64,000 bases of DNA from a virus: positions 32,001 to 96,000 of IMG/VR virus record IMGVR_UViG_3300042897_000994; one strand, written 5' to 3'. Below, piece by piece: positions 57,019 to 64,000 of this stretch. A model generated the notes under the pieces. It had not been told where the DNA came from. It saw nothing but the letters and a program-made list of their open reading frames with translations, and did not search any database. The stretch's first letter is position 1; each line of letters begins with the position of its first letter. The position numbers and the translations under genes were made by a program.

Positions 57019-57988
57019 CGATTACAAAGAATCTCTAAAGAAAGAGATTGAAGAATTGGAAAGCTCACCTGTGCAATATGATGCCGAATATGTACAGGAA
57101 ACTGAAGCACCCGAACCTAAACTCGGTAGAGTAACTTCTCACATCAGAGATAAAGAAGAGGAGCTTAAAGAAGTTAACGAAAGAATCGGTTACATTAATC
57201 TTTTAATGACTAATCTCCCATCAAAGGGAAGATTTTATCGTAATGATATGAGAATTTCAATTAGAGCTGCAAGAGTTCTAGAAATTAGAGAATTCTCTAC
57301 AATGGATGAAAATAGTATTCTTGATGTAGATGAAAAACTGAATTCAATCTTGAATTCTTGTTGTAGAATTGAATATGGCGGAAGAAGAGGTAGTCATAAA
57401 GATATTCTAGAAGAAGACAGACTTTTTATTATCTTGTCTATTAGAGAATTAACTTTTGCTACCGGCGAAAACCGGCTTATGATCAATGCCAAATGTAACA
57501 ATTGTAAGAATGATAATTCTTATGAATTGAGAACTAATATTCTACAGTATTATAATACAGATGAGTACGATAAGTACTATGATGAGGAATATAGAGCGTT
57601 TAAATTTGAAACAAAGTCATCAGGAACTATTGTAATGGCTCCTCCTACAATCGGGGTGATGAGAACAGTCACTGAATATATTAAAGAAAAGGAAGAGAAG
57701 AAAGAAAATTGGGATAAGTCATTCCTGCAACTCTTACCTTATCTACAAAGAGATTGGAGAGGTTTTGATAAAAACGGAATCTTTAACGCAAATGTTGAAT
57801 TTAACGGATGGTCAGCCAACAAATATTCAACAGTATATAGACTTGCAGAAAAAATAAGAGTCGGAGTCAAACAAGAGCTAACATGTCAGTGTGGAAACTG
57901 TGACGGGGAGGTCACAGTGCCGATAACCTTTCCCGGAGGCATCAAAGGTCTTTTCGTTATTTCAGATCTCTCTGGAGAACTACTTTAA
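57005..57988 (+). CDS. baseplate hub / tail assembly chaperone (gp26-like)
   Basis: LPSKGRFY, DRLFIILSIRELTF, two CxxC pairs; upstream of the tape measure. Confidence 0.7.
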   Translation: MENNNDYKESLKKEIEELESSPVQYDAEYVQETEAPEPKLGRVTSHIRDKEEELKEVNERIGYINLLMTNLPSKGRFYRNDMRISIRAARVLEIREFSTMDENSILDVDEKLNSILNSCCRIEYGGRRGSHKDILEEDRLFIILSIRELTFATGENRLMINAKCNNCKNDNSYELRTNILQYYNTDEYDKYYDEEYRAFKFETKSSGTIVMAPPTIGVMRTVTEYIKEKEEKKENWDKSFLQLLPYLQRDWRGFDKNGIFNANVEFNGWSANKYSTVYRLAEKIRVGVKQELTCQCGNCDGEVTVPITFPGGIKGLFVISDLSGELL

Positions 57989-58235
57989 AGCAAAGGTGGC
58001 TCTCTATTACCACATCAGGCTTCAGCCTAGTGAAATAGAGAACCTCCCTTTCTATGAGTTTGAAATAACTATGAAAGAATTATCCGAATTGCTTAAACAG
58101 AAGAATGATGCTGAGAGAAAAGCTTATGGCCAGCAACAAGATTCTAGTGGAGGTGACGTAGGTAAATATATGGGAATGGCTAAAAATATGACAAGCGGAC
58201 TTAAAATGCCTAAATTTAGTAGACCTAAATTCTAA
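57927..58235 (+). CDS. gp51-like tail/baseplate assembly chaperone; frame open from 57927, possibly made by +1 frameshift (GTG at 57996 is the alternative start)
   Basis: ..FQISLENYFKAKVALYYHIRLQPSEIENLPFYEFEI..; the SLENYF motif lies upstream of the only nearby start codon. Confidence 0.6.
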   Translation, partial: PFPEASKVFSLFQISLENYFKAKVALYYHIRLQPSEIENLPFYEFEITMKELSELLKQKNDAERKAYGQQQDSSGGDVGKYMGMAKNMTSGLKMPKFSRPKF

Positions 58236-58259
58236 TATATAAAAAAACATCTTTGAAGG

Positions 58260-61109
58260 TTGGCTCTCGATAAAGGATACGAAAAAAAGGCTCTTGAACA
58301 ACAAGCTGCAATACTTGGTGTGATGGAGAAAATAGAAGTCCTTTCAAAGGACACAAATCAAAGTGTAAAACGCATTGAACAGATAGCGATTGGGAGCGTA
58401 GAAGTTGATAGAAAACAACTTGAAGTTGCCAAAGACTCAAACAAAGTTTTACGCGAGATTAAAGCTATTCTTCAGTCATCTTCTAAAGATAAAAAATCAG
58501 ATTCTGGCGTAACTGAAGGGAAGTCAGCCAAAGAAAAAATAGTTGCAGCAGCTTCAAATTTTGGCGAAACTGCAAAGAGTTTAGCATTAATTGCAGGAGC
58601 TTTAATAATCTTCGCGGGTGCTATCGCAGCAATTAATGCAATAGTAACTCCTTTAGATGTTCTGAAATTTTTACCTTTTATCGCAGTAGTAGGCATTACA
58701 TCTTTTGCTTTTGCTGAAATATCAAAAGGCTTCGCAGAAGATGGAGTTACCAAAAAGGACATTCTAAATACGGGACTTTTAATGGTAGTAGTGGCTGGAG
58801 CCATTGTTGCAGTAGGTGCAATTTTTGCAGCCGCTGCTTTCTTAGGCGGTCTTTCTCCGCAAAATGCACCAAACCCCATGTGGGTATTAGCTTCTGGATT
58901 CGCAATACTTGCGTTTAGTTTTTCACTTTCCCTTTTACTAAAGTCATTGCAAGGAAATCCACTAGACACTAAAACTGCTCTAAATGCAGGTTTGCTCATG
59001 GTAATTATAGCAGGAGTTGTTGTAGCAACTGCATATATTTTTATGGCATTACCACAAGTCGGACCTGAACAAGCTCCTAATTTACTATGGGCAGCAGGAT
59101 CTGGTCTAGCCGTACTTGCCTTTAGTTTTGGTATGTATGCCCTGTTAAAGGCTTTAAAAGATCAAGGATTAGCTTTAAAAGATATAGTAATAGCAGGAAT
59201 AGCGATGATAGTAATTGCAGCTTCTATTGTAGCTACTGCATATATTTTTAAGGCATTACCACAAGTAGGACCGGAAAATGCTCCTGATTTACTCTTTGCA
59301 GCTAAAGCAGGACTTTCTCTAGCACTCTTTACTTTTGGTTTTATTATGATATCTAAATACACCAAAGATCTTTCTTTAAAAACTGTGGCTTTGGTAGCTC
59401 TGTCGATGATAGCAATAGCCGGAATAATTTTAGCAACTGCTTTCTTGTTTCAGTATCTTCCAGATGCAATGAAATATCCTAGTATAGAATTTTCTCTAGG
59501 CGCTGGATTAGCTGTAGCTATTTTTGGAATAGGTTTTGCTCTCCTTTCTAAAGTAACCGCAACTATGCAATATGGAGATATTATCAAAACTGTATTGGCG
59601 GCTGTAGCTATAGCAGGAGTTATTCTAGCAGTTTCTTGGATATTTAGTTATCTTCCAGACGAACTTAGAGCTCCTAGTATAGAATTCACATTAGGTGCAG
59701 CGGTAGGCTTAGGAATTATGGGAGTATTGTTGGCAGGCTTAGGATTATTGATGACGACATTAACGCCTGCAGTATTCGGGTTTGGTATACTTGCAGTTCT
59801 TCTTTCTGCTTTAGCTATTGTAGGAGTAGCTTGGATTTTTACACTGCTCCCATCTAGTTTATTTGAACCTGGCGGATTGATTTATAAAGCAACTGATGCA
59901 ATTTATTATTTTGGTTCTAAAATGATTGATTTATTTAGTAAATTAGCTGGAGCTATCATTAATGGAATGGTATCATTCTTTACTGCTATTACTAATTTTG
60001 TAGTTAAACTTGCAGAAGTCGGTCCGGTCAATTTAATAGCACTTGGGGGAGGCCTCGTTTCTTTGGCTGCTGGTATTGCAGCAGTTTCAGCTGCAATCGC
60101 GGGTGGTGGATTAGCTAGTGGAGTTGCATCAGCAGGAACTGCCGTGGCTGGATTTGTATCTAGCGGAATCGGTAAAGTTAGCGATTTTTTATTCGGTGGA
60201 GGAGGAATGAAAGAAGAAGGATCTAAAGCAGTAAGTCCGTATAATGCTATTTTGACTCTAGCTGCACAAGGAAAAAATGTCGACTTCGCAGCTAAAGCGG
60301 TATCTGCTCTCGCAAATGCAGTTAAAGCATTTTCAGGCCCTCTTACTTCTATAAATTCTTCTCTGGGTAGCGCAACTACACAGATGATAGCTTTCATTCA
60401 ATCTGTAAATTCAAATGCTGCTACAAACTTTTTACCTCCATCTAAGTTAATAGAAGCATTGACAGATTCTACTGAGTATCTACACGATGCAATGGAAGAA
60501 TTAGGAGATCAAACTTCTTATGCCAAAAATGAGTTCGATCAGTTTAAGAATATTGCAAGTCAGTATGCAAGTGTTTTTGTAGGAAATGCAAAATCACCCG
60601 GATTCATTAGTGGTCTAATAGGGGGCAGCGGAAGACCCGTTACCGTAATCGACGAGATTGTTTTAGGTATGAAAGGTATGAATGACTTCATATCTAAAAT
60701 TGTATCTCAGCAAAGTCCTCTCCAAAAAATTGCAAGAACTTTTGAAGATATCGCAGAATCAATGGAAGACTATATTGATGCTGTTAACGGCGTTAATGTA
60801 GCTAAAATGACTGCACTTAATGATCAGTTGAAGATCATGCAGAAATTCAATCAACCTGGAATTTCTCAAAGTTTTGAAGCAGTTAAAGGATTAGTTGATA
60901 AGCTTATCGATCTTGAAAAGGAAAAGAGTAGCTCTCTTATTAATATTGAAACCGGCGGTGGTTCATCTAAAGCTACTGAAATTTCAGAAGCAAGCATGAT
61001 TATGTTAGCAAATAGAATAGCACAGTCTATGGGACAGATGAAAGTAATTATAACTGATCCAAATACGGGTAGATCATTAGGGGTAGTAGGTAGGTTAAGC
61101 AGCGAATAA
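58260..61109 (+). CDS. tape measure protein with hydrophobic repeats, TTG start
   Basis: Follows the chaperone pair; Ala/Gly/Ile-rich helical repeats of about 65-69 aa; late motif at 58235. Confidence 0.75.
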   Translation: MALDKGYEKKALEQQAAILGVMEKIEVLSKDTNQSVKRIEQIAIGSVEVDRKQLEVAKDSNKVLREIKAILQSSSKDKKSDSGVTEGKSAKEKIVAAASNFGETAKSLALIAGALIIFAGAIAAINAIVTPLDVLKFLPFIAVVGITSFAFAEISKGFAEDGVTKKDILNTGLLMVVVAGAIVAVGAIFAAAAFLGGLSPQNAPNPMWVLASGFAILAFSFSLSLLLKSLQGNPLDTKTALNAGLLMVIIAGVVVATAYIFMALPQVGPEQAPNLLWAAGSGLAVLAFSFGMYALLKALKDQGLALKDIVIAGIAMIVIAASIVATAYIFKALPQVGPENAPDLLFAAKAGLSLALFTFGFIMISKYTKDLSLKTVALVALSMIAIAGIILATAFLFQYLPDAMKYPSIEFSLGAGLAVAIFGIGFALLSKVTATMQYGDIIKTVLAAVAIAGVILAVSWIFSYLPDELRAPSIEFTLGAAVGLGIMGVLLAGLGLLMTTLTPAVFGFGILAVLLSALAIVGVAWIFTLLPSSLFEPGGLIYKATDAIYYFGSKMIDLFSKLAGAIINGMVSFFTAITNFVVKLAEVGPVNLIALGGGLVSLAAGIAAVSAAIAGGGLASGVASAGTAVAGFVSSGIGKVSDFLFGGGGMKEEGSKAVSPYNAILTLAAQGKNVDFAAKAVSALANAVKAFSGPLTSINSSLGSATTQMIAFIQSVNSNAATNFLPPSKLIEALTDSTEYLHDAMEELGDQTSYAKNEFDQFKNIASQYASVFVGNAKSPGFISGLIGGSGRPVTVIDEIVLGMKGMNDFISKIVSQQSPLQKIARTFEDIAESMEDYIDAVNGVNVAKMTALNDQLKIMQKFNQPGISQSFEAVKGLVDKLIDLEKEKSSSLINIETGGGSSKATEISEASMIMLANRIAQSMGQMKVIITDPNTGRSLGVVGRLSSE

Positions 61110-61241
61110 TCTGTTTAACTCTAATGATAGATCTTAATCTATTATAATACCATATTAAAGATTTATTTGCGTTAAGCAGTCATCATCTATTTAATTTTTT
61201 GGATAATTTTTTCTTCTCATTTTTCTTGTTTATATTGTAAT

Positions 61242-62012
61242 ATGAACTTAGAAAGACCCATCGTATTTTTCGATGTAGAGACTACAGGTCTAGACATTGC
61301 CAAAGACAGAATCATTGAACTGTGTATGATTAAGCTTATGCCAGACGGTGAAAGGAAAATGTGGAAATCTAGATTTAATCCAGAAGGAAGAAAATCTTCA
61401 GAAGGTGCTCTAGGAAAACATGGGATTGAAGATGAAATTCTATTAGATGAAGATACATTTTCATATTTGGGAGTAGAAGTATTCAGTTTTATTTCAGGCT
61501 GTGATATTGGAGGTTATAATGTAACCAAATTTGATCTACCTATTTTAGTCGAAGAACTCTTAAGAGCTGGAATTACTTATAACTACAGAGAAGTTAAAAT
61601 AGTTGATGCATTTTCGATTTATTCTAAAATGGAACCTCGAACTCTCGAAGCAACTTATACCAAATTTACTGGAAAGATTTTGGAGAATGCTCACAGTGCT
61701 CAAAGTGATATTGAAGCAACTATAGAAATTTTCGAAAAGCAGAAAGAAGTTTATTCTTTAGATTCGATAGAAATGATAGATAATCTTTCAATTGAAAGAG
61801 AAACACTTGCAGATTTAGGTGGAAAATTCAAACTCAAAGAAGGAAAAATAATCTATAACTTTGGAAAATATTTCGGAAAAGAAGTTAAAGAAGTTTTTGA
61901 ATATGATTCAGGTTATCTAGAATGGATGAGTAGATCAGATAATTTTCCGCAAGAAACTCGAATCATCGCCGGAAAATTATTTAAAAAAATGCAAGCAGAG
62001 GCAAAAGCCTAA
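61242..62012 (+). CDS. DEDDh 3'-5' exonuclease (DnaQ/PolIII epsilon-like)
   Basis: FFDVETTG, GYN..FDLP, AHSA.SDI.AT, NFGKY.GK. Confidence 0.88.
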   Translation: MNLERPIVFFDVETTGLDIAKDRIIELCMIKLMPDGERKMWKSRFNPEGRKSSEGALGKHGIEDEILLDEDTFSYLGVEVFSFISGCDIGGYNVTKFDLPILVEELLRAGITYNYREVKIVDAFSIYSKMEPRTLEATYTKFTGKILENAHSAQSDIEATIEIFEKQKEVYSLDSIEMIDNLSIERETLADLGGKFKLKEGKIIYNFGKYFGKEVKEVFEYDSGYLEWMSRSDNFPQETRIIAGKLFKKMQAEAKA

Positions 62013-62037
62013 AACTTATTGTCTAACTTTCATATAA
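62012..62037 (+). promoter_or_regulatory. AAAC-N17-TATAA promoter (topoisomerase)
   Basis: AAAC 62012-62015, TATAA 62033-62037. Confidence 0.6.
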
Positions 62038-62057
62038 AAGTAAATTAATAGTGTCTA

Positions 62058-63998
62058 ATGGCTAAGGCGGTAGAACAGAAATATAGAAAACTTACAGACA
62101 TAGAGCACGTCCTCTTAAGGCCAGGTATGTATATCGGCTCGGTAAAACAACACGAGGGTGAAATTTATCTTTTAAATGAAAGTAGAAACTTTGAAACACA
62201 AAAAGTCAGTTACAATCCAGCTTTTTTAAAGATTTTTGATGAAATTATCTCTAACTCAGTAGATGAACATAAAAGAAATCCAAAGCTAAATCAGATTGAA
62301 GTTAAAGTAGACAGAGAAGGCGGTACTATCTCAATTACAGATAACGGAGGAATTCCGGTTCAAAAGCATAAGGAATATGATGAGTGGATTCCAGAATTGA
62401 TTTTTTCAAATCTGAAAACAGGATCAAACTTTGACGATTCAGAAGATAGGACAGTTGCTGGTACTAATGGAGTAGGGGCAACTCTTACAAATATCTTTTC
62501 TAATCATTTCAGAGTTTCAACTTGTGATGGTAGTAAAGAATATGTGCAAGATTTCTACGATAACATGCATCGCAGAAACGAACCTAAAGTTTCTAATAAG
62601 AAAAGAGGCTACACTGAAATATTTTATTCTCCTGATTTTTCCAGATTTTCTGGAATGGATGGAATTGATGAAATTTCATACCAATTAATGAGAAAACGAG
62701 CTTGCGATATTGCAGCATGTAACAACAAGCTCAAAATAACTTTCGACGGAGAAGTATTTCAATTTAAGTCTTTTAAAGAATATTCAGAAATGTATGTTTC
62801 TGAAATCTTCTATGAAGAATCAGAGAACTGGAAAATCGGAGTAGGTCATTCCGGGCAGGGATTTCAATCAGTATCATTCGTAAATTCAGTAGAAACAAAA
62901 GACGGAGGTACTCATGTTGAATATATCTTCTGGCAAATCTGTAATTCTTTAAGAGAAAAAATCAAAAAGAAGTATAAAGTTGAAGTAAAGCCTTCGGAGA
63001 TTAAGAATCACATGTTCTTGTTCATCGATTCTACCGTAATTAATAGTTCATTTTCATCTCAGACAAAGGAAAAGCTGATTACTGAATATAAAGAATTCGG
63101 AACTGAACATGCTGTTACAGAAGCCCTTGTCAAAAAGGTATTTACTTCTGAGGTTGTTAAGTCTCTTTTAGATTGGATAGAACAAAAACAGCTAGCAGAA
63201 GAAAGAAAACAACTCAGAGCTCTAAACAAAAATCTCGATAAAGCAAAAATCATCAAATTGATTGATGCTAAATCTAAAGACAGAGAAAAATGCACTCTTT
63301 CGATATTTGAAGGCGACTCTGCAAGTTCTGCATTTAGACAATATAGAAATCCGCAGTATCAAGGTGCATTTCCGCTACGAGGTAAGTTCATTAATGTAAT
63401 GGAAGTACCTAACACAAAGGTGATTCAAAACCAAGAAGTAAAGAATCTACTTGCTTCTATTGGTTTGAAAATGGGGGAATCTCCAAAGGATTTAAGATAT
63501 GGAAAGATTTTAATCTACACCGATCAAGATCATGATGGAATGAGTATTGCAGGTCTTTTAATGAATTTCTTTGCCAAATATTGGCCTGAACTTTTTGAAG
63601 AAGAAAGAATATGCAAAGTAGAAACTCCTCTACTAGTTGCTAAAAACAAAAAAGAGACCTTTAGTTTTTATACACAAGAAGAATTTGATACTTGGAGTAA
63701 AAAGACAAATACCAACTCCTGGGATATTGAATATAAAAAGGGTTTAGCTTCTTTGGAAAATGATGAATATGAAGAGATCATCAGAAACCCGAGATATTTC
63801 GTGGTAGAAAAAGGAAAGAATTTTAAAGGTGTATTTTCTACTTGGTTTGGTGGTGATTCTCAACCTAGAAAATATAAAATATTAGGAACTTCTCCCGAAC
63901 CTATCGAGGAATTAGAACCAGAGCCAACTCCTTCTAAGCCAAAGGCAGAGAAGAAAGAACCTGAAAAGAAAGAAAAGAAAAGCATTAGTTTATTTTGA
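62058..63998 (+). CDS. type IIA DNA topoisomerase ATPase/TOPRIM subunit (T4 gp39+gp60-like)
   Basis: EHVLLRPGMYIGS, DEIISNSVD, GTNGVG, EGDSA, PLRGK, DQDHDG, YKKGL. Its TGA overlaps an ATG at 63998, probably the start of the next subunit. Confidence 0.93.
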   Translation: MAKAVEQKYRKLTDIEHVLLRPGMYIGSVKQHEGEIYLLNESRNFETQKVSYNPAFLKIFDEIISNSVDEHKRNPKLNQIEVKVDREGGTISITDNGGIPVQKHKEYDEWIPELIFSNLKTGSNFDDSEDRTVAGTNGVGATLTNIFSNHFRVSTCDGSKEYVQDFYDNMHRRNEPKVSNKKRGYTEIFYSPDFSRFSGMDGIDEISYQLMRKRACDIAACNNKLKITFDGEVFQFKSFKEYSEMYVSEIFYEESENWKIGVGHSGQGFQSVSFVNSVETKDGGTHVEYIFWQICNSLREKIKKKYKVEVKPSEIKNHMFLFIDSTVINSSFSSQTKEKLITEYKEFGTEHAVTEALVKKVFTSEVVKSLLDWIEQKQLAEERKQLRALNKNLDKAKIIKLIDAKSKDREKCTLSIFEGDSASSAFRQYRNPQYQGAFPLRGKFINVMEVPNTKVIQNQEVKNLLASIGLKMGESPKDLRYGKILIYTDQDHDGMSIAGLLMNFFAKYWPELFEEERICKVETPLLVAKNKKETFSFYTQEEFDTWSKKTNTNSWDIEYKKGLASLENDEYEEIIRNPRYFVVEKGKNFKGVFSTWFGGDSQPRKYKILGTSPEPIEELEPEPTPSKPKAEKKEPEKKEKKSISLF

Positions 63999-64000
63999 TG

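Larger units (their letters stand above)
7399..58242. promoter_or_regulatory. late promoter motif (G/A)ATATATAA, 18 copies at gene boundaries
   Basis: 7399, 12837, 15376, 16532, 20198, 31498, 32469, 35930, 37638, 39484, 41332, 44033(-), 46317, 47435, 51882, 51921, 56748, 58235; mostly just upstream of virion genes. Confidence 0.8.

Noticed and set aside
61110-61241. AT-rich gap with a short ATAGAT/ATCTAT inverted repeat as possible ncRNA or origin
   Set aside because: The stem is short and AT-only, with no further support
1-64000. Stop-codon reassignment as in some large phages
   Set aside because: Core genes are full length in the standard code, and TAG (8399, 20169, 45060) and TGA both end genes at expected positions
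1-64000. tRNA, rRNA, transposase or integrase genes
   Set aside because: No cloverleaf or T-loop signature in the few intergenic gaps, and no such protein motifs

Overview
This is a 64-kb, AT-rich, gene-dense segment of a large T4-like myovirus genome, read in the standard genetic code with all genes but one on the + strand. The replication and recombination core comprises gp32 SSB, gp61 primase, UvsY/UvsW/UvsX, gp41 helicase, gp46/47, clamp and clamp loader, RNase H, a type IIA topoisomerase, a family B DNA polymerase split into two genes 4 kb apart, NrdAB, a dimeric dUTPase and a DnaQ-like exonuclease. Late transcription factors are a minimal gp55 sigma and a probable gp33. The head and tail module comprises portal, a protease-scaffold fusion, major capsid, terminase, neck, sheath, tube, tail chaperone and tape measure. 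Hc1-like and DnaQ-like genes, A-rich starts without a Shine-Dalgarno sequence and a TAnnTTTG promoter point to a Bacteroidota host (inference). Beyond the gene list I see: (1) late genes whose products share a T4 capsid-targeting-like tag (x[KST]FxEF...E), including a variable LRR-like repeat protein, a glycine-zipper peptide and a degenerate ligase-fold protein; (2) two phage promoter classes, (G)ATATATAA before late genes and AAAC-N17-TATAA before replication genes, with one antisense copy in the SSB leader beside six GGCAA repeats; (3) two candidate programmed frameshifts; (4) a shared C-terminal -LF tail on five replication/transcription proteins; (5) out-of-frame 9-codon upstream ORFs over non-AUG starts; and (6) an MBD4-like DNA glycosylase. 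I found no tRNA, rRNA, CRISPR array, intron/intein or transposon. All family assignments are by motif recognition from memory; no database search was run.
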